From the NCBI GenBank assembly GCA_050294405.1, contig JBNKOC010000006.1, forward strand, positions 1 through 24,174: a stretch of DNA of 24,174 bases, given 5' to 3'. The stretch comes from Fibrobacteria bacterium. Its GTDB lineage: Bacteria > Fibrobacterota > Fibrobacteria > UBA11236 > JADFYW01. The notes under the pieces are model-generated. The model was not told where the DNA came from. It was given only the letters and a program-made list of their open reading frames with translations, and made no database searches. The translations under genes and the position numbers were made by a program. Of the stretch, positions 7,192 through 16,769 are shown one piece after another. Position 1 is the stretch's first letter. Each line of letters starts with the position of its first letter.

Positions 7192-7584
7192 TCACTTAGA
7201 ATATTTAATTGCTAGCACAGTAACAACACCCCAGACCCAGTTAAAAAGCAATACAAATATGGGTGTCAATATTCCCAACTCCAAACCAGCTATACCTTTG
7301 TGAGCCTTAAAAGGAAACACCACAAATAATTGGACCGCTGTTGGAAACAAACTTAAAATACTGGCCTTAATCACAACTTTGGATTGAAAAAATGGAAGTA
7401 AAAACAAAAGTCCCCATATACCCCCCCATACAATGCGAGGATATATCCAGGAAGGAGTTAATGACGGGGAAATAGCCACCCCAAACATGGCGGTGATATT
7501 TAACAACCCAAAAAACCACACAAAGAGACTGTTTGCCAAAGCTCCTAAACAGCCGGCTGAAAATACAATTAATGAATTTTTCAT
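7192..7584 (-). CDS. Small conserved-type membrane protein (about 4 TM), function unknown
   Basis: Four hydrophobic segments with YPRIVWGGIWG; ATG at 7584 preceded by a purine-rich RBS. Confidence 0.75.
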   Translation of the reverse strand: MKNSLIVFSAGCLGALANSLFVWFFGLLNITAMFGVAISPSLTPSWIYPRIVWGGIWGLLFLLPFFQSKVVIKASILSLFPTAVQLFVVFPFKAHKGIAGLELGILTPIFVLLFNWVWGVVTVLAIKYSK

Positions 7585-7689
7585 ATAAAACCCCTCCCCA
7601 CTTCCCAACTTAGTTAAAAGCTGAGCCTGATGAAGCCATTGTAAAACATAGTTATTTCAGGACTCCATTTAGAAAATTTGTTAATTCAT

Positions 7690-9057
7690 TTACATATTAT
7701 CTTTTTTAAATAAGGGAAGAAAGGGATAAGCTAATATTCTAAGGTTTAAACTGGCAAATGGGCGAAGCATAAGACCAAGGTAGCTTAACTGAGTTACCTC
7801 CCTCACTTCTTTGTAATTCCTGATAAAATAAAACAAGGGTATTATTCTAAGGACCCCACTTATAGCAAAAATAAATATATAACCATCCATAAAAATTGAA
7901 CCCAATTCAATAAGAAAAGACCCTATTAAGGCTCCGAAAAAAATTGCTGTTCCATTTAAGGCATTTAGCATCCCGACACCTGATACTCTCGACTTAGGAG
8001 GTGTATTGTCCATCGTAACATTAAAACTCGACAGCTCAATTGCACTCCAAATTATTCCTGAAAATACCTGAATAACCAAAATTACATAAAAATTATTGGT
8101 TGTTATCCACAAAAGAGGTACCAATGGTAGTCCTGAGGATCCTAAAATCAATACTTTTTTGTTTCCGTATTTGTCACAAAGTCGGCCCCAAAATGTCATA
8201 GAAGAATATTTTGCAGCCATTATAGCAATCTGGGTCAATGTAAATTCCATGTATGACATTTTTAAAACATCAAACATATATGGAATGAAAAATGGAGATG
8301 CTAAGTATACTAAAAAACTCTTACCTGAAATAAAACTTGCCATAACCCTGAAGTTCTTAAATTCTCTTTGAGTAAGAATAGCCCAGCCTTTAAAATATTG
8401 ACCTGCTTGGTCCCCGGCATTAGGTTCCCATTTAAGTTGTAAAAACCAACATGATATCAATCTGAAAATAAACGCACTAAAAAAAAGAATAGAAAAGCCC
8501 CAAATTTTCTTTTCAGGGTTGGCATCCCAATCACTCAATAAATACCCGGCCAAAACCATGGAAACAATTGAAAACAAACCGGTAATGCGGTTACGAAATC
8601 CAAAATACCTTCCTCTGCTATCTTCCGGAACCAAATCTCCCATCCAGCTTGTCCAGGACGGGACAATCACCAAACCACAAACTTGATAAAAACATATTAA
8701 TCCGATAAATAAGGCTGTGTCCAATTGCTGATTAAATAAAAGAATAACGACAACCGGCAATATACATGCTTGTAAACTAGCGCCAGTGACTACAAATTTT
8801 TTTCTCGATTTAAAGAGCTTGGCTATTCGCTGGCTTAAAATTTGCGCTAAAGCTCCAAGCAAAAGTGGAAAAGAGCTTAAGAGACCTATCTGAAAAATGT
8901 TAGCCCCTAGAAACAATCCAAAAGGAATAAAAAAAGATTCCCCGCACCCAACCATTAGGAAATAAAATATTCCATCCCAAATGGAATACCTCAAACTTTT
9001 TGATCTTAAGGATGAATCAGAAATTGGTGGTTCCATAATGTGTAGAGACTTTAACAT
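7690..9057 (-). CDS. MFS transporter
   Basis: About 12 TM segments, motif A WGRLCDKYGNKKV, and WMGDLVP..SRGRYFG. Confidence 0.9.
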   Translation of the reverse strand: MLKSLHIMEPPISDSSLRSKSLRYSIWDGIFYFLMVGCGESFFIPFGLFLGANIFQIGLLSSFPLLLGALAQILSQRIAKLFKSRKKFVVTGASLQACILPVVVILLFNQQLDTALFIGLICFYQVCGLVIVPSWTSWMGDLVPEDSRGRYFGFRNRITGLFSIVSMVLAGYLLSDWDANPEKKIWGFSILFFSAFIFRLISCWFLQLKWEPNAGDQAGQYFKGWAILTQREFKNFRVMASFISGKSFLVYLASPFFIPYMFDVLKMSYMEFTLTQIAIMAAKYSSMTFWGRLCDKYGNKKVLILGSSGLPLVPLLWITTNNFYVILVIQVFSGIIWSAIELSSFNVTMDNTPPKSRVSGVGMLNALNGTAIFFGALIGSFLIELGSIFMDGYIFIFAISGVLRIIPLFYFIRNYKEVREVTQLSYLGLMLRPFASLNLRILAYPFLPLFKKDNM

Positions 9058-9203
9058 GTAAATAAAATCCCATTATTGACTTTATCAAAAATTTCCTTTA
9101 AAAGGTAGAACCAAACAAAAATCAAATATTTTAATTACCAAAAACCCAGTCCTTTAACATTGAAACAAACCAGCTATAACCCCTCCTCCTGCTATTTAGA
9201 AGT

Positions 9204-9237
9204 GCATTTCGTCCCTATTTATAGCATTTCGTCCCTA
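9204..9237. promoter_or_regulatory. Perfect 14-bp direct repeat GCATTTCGTCCCTA x2 (20-bp period), probable regulator binding site
   Basis: Copies at 9204-9217 and 9224-9237 in the divergent intergenic region, about 75 bp upstream of the OmpA-domain operon. Confidence 0.65.
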
Positions 9238-9311
9238 AACCCCATTTCAACTAGCTTTCCAATTTAAATTTAGCAGTTTATTTTAAAATATAAATCATCC
9301 GTTTTAAGTGT

Positions 9312-11657
9312 TTGAAGCCAGATAAAATTCTATTAGGCTCCATTTATTTTTCTCCACCAGTGAGTGCTGATTTGACTAAACCTATTGAAACAAATTTTAA
9401 GGAACTGCAAAAGGGGCTGAATTTAATTAGTGGTCGTAAATTTGAAATTGTTATTAAGAAAAACCCTGTTTTTATTCTTGAAATGGCCAATGTTACTTTT
9501 GAAACCGACAGAAAAGTCCTGTTACCTGATATTATTTTAGACAACCCTGAGGGCATTGAAACAGGCTTACTAGCAAATAACGCCTTTAAGTCGGCCATAG
9601 AATTTTTTTATGCAAATAAGGGAAAGGCGATTTTAGTAGCTGGACATACAGATACATCAGGTTCCGAATCGCATAATGATGAATTATCTGCTGAGAGGGC
9701 CATAAGCGTTCTCTTGTTCTTAGCTGGAGATAAAATTTCATGGGCCAGGCATGGTTTTGCCATGCATAGCCCTGATGACATTCAAATAATTTTGATATGG
9801 GCATATACCGAATTTGGGTACAATTGTAAAATTGAAGAAATCAATTCAGATGTATTCAGAGAGTCCGACAAAGAAGCCCTTAAGGGATTTCGGAAAGGGT
9901 TTTTCCAGCAATTTGGTTCCATTTTATATGAAGAACAAGATTTGGAAATTGGAGAGCCTTCCGAAGTAGACTTTGCTGCCTTCTACTATTTGTATGATTT
10001 TAAACTTGCTGAAACAATGGGCATTTCCAAGCCTGAACTTCAGCGGAAAAAAGATGGCCTTAACTTCAGTGACCCGGCCGGAGTCGGTTGCGGAGAGAAT
10101 TTTCCTGTTGATTTTATTGATTTGAAAGGAGCTGAAGAAGACAGGCAAAATAGAAGAGTTGATATTCTCTTTTTTGATGAAGATGAAGAAGTTGATTTAA
10201 ATACATCGCCCCCTGCAAAAGCCATATATGCGGATGGAGTATTTGAATTACATTCCATAAATTCAGAAAACAGAGCTATCAAAAAAGAACAAGACGAATT
10301 AATAATTCAACACCGTAAAAATGAATTTACTCCATTGGCAAATGTCCCGTACCGATTTTTTATTAATGGGTCTCAGGTTATGGCTGGTACCACTGATTCG
10401 AAAGGAGAATTACTAGTTAAAATTACAGAGGGAAAATTGTTTGAAATTGAATTTGATTCCGCAAACCCCGCTCTAAAAGTTGAATTACCCATAACTGATT
10501 TAAAGGACTTTAACGAGCCGTTAATTGTTCAAAGTGAAAAATCCAATACTATTGAAATATTGGAATTTCAAGATGTTTTATTTAGAACGAATAGTTGTGT
10601 TCCGATGCCCGAGGGGGAAAATCCGGATACAACTGGTCATACGAGTTTAACATCTGTTGGGCTTATAGCAACATCTTTAAGATATGTTGAAAAATTCCAA
10701 GTTGCTAAAAAATTGCTCATAGCTGGACATACCGACACAACAGGTCAAGACGAATTTAATGTAACATTGAGCAATGAACGAGCACAAAATATTTTAGCCT
10801 TGCTGGAAGGAAACAGAGCTTTGTTTAAAACTCTATGCCACAACCGGCATTTAATTTCCGATTATAAACAAATATTATCCTGGTGTTCAAAAGAATTCAG
10901 CCATCTCGGATTCAACTGCAATCCGGGACAAATCGATGAAAATGAGTTTGCCGGAATTGAACCCATAAAGGAGTTTCAAAGAGCTTACAATATTAATTTC
11001 AATACAGTTAAGAGAGAGGAATCCATAATACTTGATGTTGACGGATCAATGGGGGAAGATACCTGGGGAGCAATATTTGATATGTATGAGATTGCACTAC
11101 AAAAAGAAATGGATGAAAGTATAGAAATAATTAATAACATTAGGAATGAAATTAATTACATGAACTCAAACATAAAAACAATAGGGTTTGGCGAATATCA
11201 TCCAATTGAAGAGTCTGAAAGAGACAATTTTAAATCGCTTAAAAATAGACGTGTTGAAATCCTGTATTTTGATTCCAACGAAAATATTAATCTCGAAGAG
11301 GTAGAAACTAATCCCAGTGGAGATGAAATTTATGGAAACGACGAACTAATTAGAACGCCCATTCAACCTCCGGAGTCGGCAAAGGTCCCAGGAACCCTCC
11401 GCGTAATGACCGGAATAAGAGAAGAGTTCGTTCAAAAGACCAATCTGGTTTATCGATTAACATCGCAATCAATTAACCAAATATTGGACCCCAAAGTGGA
11501 AGGAGTAAGCTCCGACCAAGAAGTTGATGTTATTTTCCAAAATCTGGATAAAAAAGAAACATATACCCTAAAGTCAATTAATTCAACTACCAATGATTCC
11601 GATATAATATTTCAAAATATTCCATTTCCCCAAATCACCAATTTATTTTCAGCTTAA
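9312..11657 (+). CDS. Protein with two tandem OmpA-like domains, each split by a peptidoglycan-binding-like insert
   Basis: AGHTDTSG...N.ELSAERA...GCGE...NRRVDI and AGHTDTTG...N.TLSNERA...GFGE...NRRVEI; insert FQRAYN...VDGSMGEDTW. No signal peptide seen; TTG start uncertain. Confidence 0.85.
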   Translation: MKPDKILLGSIYFSPPVSADLTKPIETNFKELQKGLNLISGRKFEIVIKKNPVFILEMANVTFETDRKVLLPDIILDNPEGIETGLLANNAFKSAIEFFYANKGKAILVAGHTDTSGSESHNDELSAERAISVLLFLAGDKISWARHGFAMHSPDDIQIILIWAYTEFGYNCKIEEINSDVFRESDKEALKGFRKGFFQQFGSILYEEQDLEIGEPSEVDFAAFYYLYDFKLAETMGISKPELQRKKDGLNFSDPAGVGCGENFPVDFIDLKGAEEDRQNRRVDILFFDEDEEVDLNTSPPAKAIYADGVFELHSINSENRAIKKEQDELIIQHRKNEFTPLANVPYRFFINGSQVMAGTTDSKGELLVKITEGKLFEIEFDSANPALKVELPITDLKDFNEPLIVQSEKSNTIEILEFQDVLFRTNSCVPMPEGENPDTTGHTSLTSVGLIATSLRYVEKFQVAKKLLIAGHTDTTGQDEFNVTLSNERAQNILALLEGNRALFKTLCHNRHLISDYKQILSWCSKEFSHLGFNCNPGQIDENEFAGIEPIKEFQRAYNINFNTVKREESIILDVDGSMGEDTWGAIFDMYEIALQKEMDESIEIINNIRNEINYMNSNIKTIGFGEYHPIEESERDNFKSLKNRRVEILYFDSNENINLEEVETNPSGDEIYGNDELIRTPIQPPESAKVPGTLRVMTGIREEFVQKTNLVYRLTSQSINQILDPKVEGVSSDQEVDVIFQNLDKKETYTLKSINSTTNDSDIIFQNIPFPQITNLFSA

Positions 11658-11659
11658 TT

Positions 11660-13552
11660 ATGTCCGAAGAAAAAGCCGTACTTGTCAACAAACCAGCACC
11701 TCAGCAATCCGACAGAAACAACCAAGCCGTTGGATTGCACTCATACGAAATAATAAATTCGCCTCCTTCTCCGGAAACCGCCCCTAATATTACAGGAAGG
11801 TATCAGGAAAAAAATGGTTTATTTACCCTGCACATTAACCAATCTGGAATTCATATTGAATGTTGGCTAGCGCTATCGAGAAGAAAAGGAGAGAATGTTA
11901 GTATTTCTGCGAAAAACTCCAATCATTCAACATTCGGTGTGTTTCGATTTGGCGGCGATTTCACTCAGGCCAAACAAATTAGCCTAAACGATGAAAACCA
12001 AAGCCCTTGCGGGGTTATTTCACTTAGTAAGGAATCTGGAAACATTGAACCTGAACATATTACGACTAAATTCACTGGAAGTTTTTTGCCTTCACTCGTT
12101 ACTGGTGAAAAACAGCTAATATCTCAATCCATAACAAAAAAACTAGATAGAAGCTCAACACTGTCTGAATTTTTTATAGATGGTTTGCAAGAATCCCTCC
12201 CATTCATACTTTCAAGGTCCTGGTTTCCTCCAACCTTACAACAAAAAAATGAATTAATAACGAATTTAGAAGGAATTTCCCAATTAATAATTGACTACCA
12301 TACTGTTACTGGTGGGAGAAATCAAAATATTGTAAACGATAAAAAGGCCGAAAATATTTTTCTAATTGACAACCTACTTAAAACGAACTTAGACGATGCG
12401 TTTCACTCTTCCAATTTGGAAATTTTCGTAGAATTAGCTCGAACCTTTTTACATAACAAATTTTTAAAAATTGGGGTAAAAGAAAGAACTCTAATGCAAT
12501 GGTTAGAAAGAATGGTTTTAGAGTCTTCCTCCTTAAGTCCAAGAGTAAGAAACTCCCAAAACCCTTTCCCCACACTTAAAGAAAAGTTTGATATTAAAAC
12601 CAAGCAAATTGTTTTTGGCGATCAATCCATTGAAAGCCAAATTGATAAGGAAGAGACTACATATAAAATTAAGTTTGAGATGGTTGGCGCCTCTACCGGA
12701 GTTAAGGCCGGTTTCGGAGCAGGCGGGTTTATTGGAAATGTTACTATTACGGAAACATCCAGCACAGAGACAACAAAACCCAAGAAAAAATTTGGATTCT
12801 GGATGATTGAAATTGGAGTAGGTATTGGCAGCCCTGGCGGAACTTTTGGTGGAGGAATAATTACAGGGACCGGCTCAACATATTACAAAAGAGAGTTCGA
12901 TGACTTTTTAGGTATGTTTGAATTAAGAGAGTTATCAATAGAAGCAAAATTTGCTTCTTTAGGGCCAGAATCCGCAAGAAGAGGCGGCATATTATTTGGA
13001 AACAGAGTTTTTCCACCTTTGGAAATTCAAATAGATACTAATATGATCGATTTTGGAATTGGTATAGAATGCAAATTTTGGACAGGAAGAATATATAGCT
13101 CCTTGGATAAAGCAAAGGCTGAGGCTACATACCAGACCAACAACCTGAATATTATCCGCCAGGCACAATTGAGCCAAAAAGTACACTTTAAAATTCCTGG
13201 TTCTTCGGTTGTAAGCGAAGCTGGAAGAGAAGCCATACGATATTTTTTAGCCAGCGAGCTTTCTTTATTTCGCACAAAAGTCATTGAATTGGAAATTATT
13301 GGCCACACGGATTTAACAGGTACAACTGAAAAAAATAAGGACCTTTCTCTTTCCAGGGCAAAAAATGTGCTTCAGTCCATCAAAGATTCGTTAGGAGCGG
13401 ATTTACGCTGCAAAGTCCTTTCGCCCATAGGAAAGGGTGAGGAAGAGGCTATAGCCAATGGAGCAACCCGACATAAGTACGAGCAAAAATTCCGAAGAGT
13501 GGACGTTAAGTTAGATGGCCGATTTGTCATCATATTTACAGATATCGAGTAA
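11660..13552 (+). CDS. Protein with C-terminal OmpA-like domain and uncharacterised N-terminal/Gly-rich regions
   Basis: IIGHTDLTG...NKDLSLSRAKNV...GKGE...FRRVDV; starts 2 bp after the previous stop; no signal peptide. Confidence 0.82.
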   Translation: MSEEKAVLVNKPAPQQSDRNNQAVGLHSYEIINSPPSPETAPNITGRYQEKNGLFTLHINQSGIHIECWLALSRRKGENVSISAKNSNHSTFGVFRFGGDFTQAKQISLNDENQSPCGVISLSKESGNIEPEHITTKFTGSFLPSLVTGEKQLISQSITKKLDRSSTLSEFFIDGLQESLPFILSRSWFPPTLQQKNELITNLEGISQLIIDYHTVTGGRNQNIVNDKKAENIFLIDNLLKTNLDDAFHSSNLEIFVELARTFLHNKFLKIGVKERTLMQWLERMVLESSSLSPRVRNSQNPFPTLKEKFDIKTKQIVFGDQSIESQIDKEETTYKIKFEMVGASTGVKAGFGAGGFIGNVTITETSSTETTKPKKKFGFWMIEIGVGIGSPGGTFGGGIITGTGSTYYKREFDDFLGMFELRELSIEAKFASLGPESARRGGILFGNRVFPPLEIQIDTNMIDFGIGIECKFWTGRIYSSLDKAKAEATYQTNNLNIIRQAQLSQKVHFKIPGSSVVSEAGREAIRYFLASELSLFRTKVIELEIIGHTDLTGTTEKNKDLSLSRAKNVLQSIKDSLGADLRCKVLSPIGKGEEEAIANGATRHKYEQKFRRVDVKLDGRFVIIFTDIE

Positions 13553-13704
13553 TTGAGTATTAAAAAAAAGCATTTTTGCTTGCCTTAAAAACTTAGTTTG
13601 TGGATAATTATTGCAGTAAATTTTCAAGAATTTCTGTTTTGAATTTATTTTAAAATTTGATTATTTGTAAATAGTATTGCTTTATCACTAGTCCAAACTT
13701 AGTT

Positions 13705-14520
13705 ATGAAATTTTTATGGTATGCGTTATGGATGGTTTTCATTAGCCATTCCATTGTTTTTTCAAATAATAGTACAGTTACTATCATCACCTCCCTTTAC
13801 CCGCCATATGTTGTAATGGACAGCGCAAACAACGTAAAGGGAGTAAGTTGTGAAACTGCTCAAGAAATATTCAAAGCAGCTGGTTATCAAACCAATTTTA
13901 AGATTCTAACATACCCAAAAGCTGTAGAAGAATTGTTTTCAAATGAAAATGCCATTATGATGGGTATGTTTATGGGAGTTCCTAATTACCAATCCTTAAA
14001 CATCACAGAAGTCCTTTATACGAACTTCCCCACGACTTACTTCTACAATTCAAAACATCACCCTGAGTACGGAAAATTTACAGACATCAATCAAACAAAA
14101 AATAAGACCGTTTCTGTAATGAGAGGGACAGGGTTTTATGAAAATATAATCAAAAGTTCCGGTGGCATAATTACAGCTGTTGATGAAGAAGAAAAAGTTT
14201 TGCAATTAATATTAGCAGGTAAAACAGATTTTGCGCATACTGGAATTCTAGGCGGCGCGATAAATATTTTTATGAACCCAAAGTATTCACATTTTAGGCC
14301 GGTTAAATTTATTGTTTCGGAATTACCCAGTGGATTAATGTTTCGAGAAGGAGCCTATCAAATACGAGACAAATTTATAGAGGTTGTAAAGAATTTTAAA
14401 AAAAATGGAGAACTATTTAAAATTTATCAAAATTCCCTCAAAAACATCCCACTTGTACACCCACAGAGTCTCCTACCGGATAGTATTGTAGTTACCGAAA
14501 ATCTAGCTTCAAAAAAATAA
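13705..14520 (+). CDS. Periplasmic substrate-binding protein, family 3-like (orphan)
   Basis: Signal peptide, YPPY..D...G, VSVMRG, LILAGKTDF and FKKNGELFKIY motifs; no permease or ATPase adjacent. Confidence 0.8.
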   Translation: MKFLWYALWMVFISHSIVFSNNSTVTIITSLYPPYVVMDSANNVKGVSCETAQEIFKAAGYQTNFKILTYPKAVEELFSNENAIMMGMFMGVPNYQSLNITEVLYTNFPTTYFYNSKHHPEYGKFTDINQTKNKTVSVMRGTGFYENIIKSSGGIITAVDEEEKVLQLILAGKTDFAHTGILGGAINIFMNPKYSHFRPVKFIVSELPSGLMFREGAYQIRDKFIEVVKNFKKNGELFKIYQNSLKNIPLVHPQSLLPDSIVVTENLASKK

Positions 14521-14824
14521 ATATTTTATATTCTTTTGTATTCAAAAGGTGATTTTTTTAAAGCGACCAAAGGCTTAAAAAGAAAATTCGGCGCCTTAGC
14601 AGAAACACAGAGAAAAATGGAGTATTTTAGTCATATTTGGAATAAATTCAAAATATCCAGGAATTTTTATTCTAAAACTTCTAAAATAATGCTAAATGAA
14701 GCAAAATTATTCGGTTGCATAAACTCCTTAGTGTACATTCCAAATTTCCAATATTATATTAAAAGTTGGATGTAAAATTTGGCTTATACGAAGCCAGGGT
14801 TGTCATAGGCTCATTGAGGTACAA

Positions 14825-16549
14825 GTGAAAATAGTATTTATTACATATGGATTTATTTTAACGCTATTATCCCCTTTTCATTTATCCGGTCAAACTCTTT
14901 CAGGCACCGTAAAAGATGTTTCCGGCAACAATATCGAAGGGGCAAAAGTTGAACTTGTTCTAGCCAATAAATCAACTCTTACAGATGCAGCAGGCAATTG
15001 GCAATTTGATATGTCATCCTCAATTAATAACCAGCGTGTCGAGAAAGGCTCCTTTTCCATTTCCATCCAAAATAATTCCGTTTCACTAACCATATATAGG
15101 CCTAATCTTCCTGTTCAGCTGAGCCTCCATCAACTGGATGGAACTCTAATTGATTGGGTTGTCGATAAAACGCTTTCTTCCGGGAATTACAGTATAGAAC
15201 TCATCCGGCAATCCTTAACCGCTCAAATTGTTATTGTAAGAGCTAACATTGGAAGGGTGGTAACCAATTTTAAACTGCCCATTACGGATGGTTTATATAA
15301 TTCGTTATCTTCCGGAAAATCAAAAGGAAGTACAATAGCTTTAGCCAAAGCAGCCGCTGTAATCGATACCATTAGAGTTTCGAAAAGCGGGTATGCTAAT
15401 GCCCTTCTTGCCATTGAATCCTATGTCTCCGGTCCACATCACTTTGTTTTGCAAGCGGGAAACGCATCCTATCTTTTACCTCCTCCGAGTTACTGTAATG
15501 CGTGGGACTATGTACCCGATTGTACTCCGGGCGACGCCACCTCCGCATGCGGTGGTGTATGCAATACAATCAATGCTTGTAGTGAAAGCGAAACTTCTAA
15601 GCCGGGAGCGGAGGTAACCTTTATTTGCCCAAGGTTTATGCTCCACAGCCCCGATATGATACAGGCCGCCAAGGACGATGGAAACGACGAATATCTCTAT
15701 GCCATAGTTGGCCACGATGCCGACCAGGGTTTTATTGACGGAAACGCGGGAAGCACATGTTGTCAATGTTATCAAATAGTTTATGCCTGGCCAAGCCCGG
15801 ACAATGAAAAGCAAGTTCAATTAAATCCTGATGATGTGAGCAACCCCGCCTCTGCTGTTCCCATTCCAAAACCTATTATCGCACAAAGTTTTAATACCGC
15901 CGCGACCAAAAATACATTTGATATATATATGGGTGGGGGCGGGTTTGGAGCCCACAATGGCTGTGGTCCGGGCCTGGGTCAAACTTCAACCTCCGGTCAA
16001 TATCTTTATGAGGCTTATCCTCAAGAAGGTGGAATATCTGGTGGAGTAAAACCAATCACCCACTGGAGCGAATGTAAAAACCAATACTCCTGGGTTACCG
16101 AAGAAAGCTTAGGTTCCGCTGCCTGTCAGGCAAGAGTTACAGAAACATGTAACCAGATTACCCATTCAAACCCTGAAATAACGCAATATGCCCGAAACTC
16201 ATGTATTGCCACCAACCAACCAGAATCTCTACACCATGCCAACTGGTCTATCTATGTGCGGCCTGTGGAGTGCCCTGACGCTCTCACCAGAGTCACTGGG
16301 TGCAGATTACAAAATCAGGGTTTGCCAGAGGTAAATGGCCTTATTACTGCCGAACAGGCTGCCAGCGATAACTCTTTTTGGAAGCAAGGCTCAAACGGCA
16401 AAATGTACGAAACAACTACCATGGAAGACTGCTGTCGCCCCTCTTGTGCAGCCGCCAATTGGGTGCAGGAAAAGGGCCTCCCAGTTGATCCCGATTACAA
16501 CGTTTTCTACTCCTGTGATGGAGCGGGTGTGCCCCTTACCGAGCCCTAA
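14825..16549 (+). CDS. Secreted protein: N-terminal carboxypeptidase-regulatory-like/Ig modules plus a Cys-rich GH45-like endoglucanase domain (permuted)
   Basis: Signal peptide, SGTVKD..G..IEGAKV; CCQCYQIVY, FDIYMGGGGFGAHNGC, VECPDALTRVTGCR and TTTMEDCCRPSCA. Confidence 0.75.
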   Translation: MKIVFITYGFILTLLSPFHLSGQTLSGTVKDVSGNNIEGAKVELVLANKSTLTDAAGNWQFDMSSSINNQRVEKGSFSISIQNNSVSLTIYRPNLPVQLSLHQLDGTLIDWVVDKTLSSGNYSIELIRQSLTAQIVIVRANIGRVVTNFKLPITDGLYNSLSSGKSKGSTIALAKAAAVIDTIRVSKSGYANALLAIESYVSGPHHFVLQAGNASYLLPPPSYCNAWDYVPDCTPGDATSACGGVCNTINACSESETSKPGAEVTFICPRFMLHSPDMIQAAKDDGNDEYLYAIVGHDADQGFIDGNAGSTCCQCYQIVYAWPSPDNEKQVQLNPDDVSNPASAVPIPKPIIAQSFNTAATKNTFDIYMGGGGFGAHNGCGPGLGQTSTSGQYLYEAYPQEGGISGGVKPITHWSECKNQYSWVTEESLGSAACQARVTETCNQITHSNPEITQYARNSCIATNQPESLHHANWSIYVRPVECPDALTRVTGCRLQNQGLPEVNGLITAEQAASDNSFWKQGSNGKMYETTTMEDCCRPSCAAANWVQEKGLPVDPDYNVFYSCDGAGVPLTEP

Positions 16550-16769
16550 AATGCATACTTTTCTAAAATTTCCTAGTTAGCTCCCGGGGCGATCTTTCCA
16601 TTTGCTTATTCGGGAATATTATTTTTCTCACTTCCATTTTTCCATTAGGATATACATATCCGCTCTAAGTATCCATTAATGGAAAAAAATTATATCCGCA
16701 ATCCATTTCAAATTTGAAAAAAAAAGCGATTCCAAAAAGTAAATTTGGAAAATTATATATTAATGGAAT

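Noticed and set aside
13568..13581. AAGCA-TTTT-TGCTT hairpin as terminator
   Set aside because: The 5-bp AT-rich stem is too weak to call.
14536..14775. 79-aa ORF between the SBP and GH45-like genes
   Set aside because: TTG start, no RBS, AT-rich intergenic composition and no motif.
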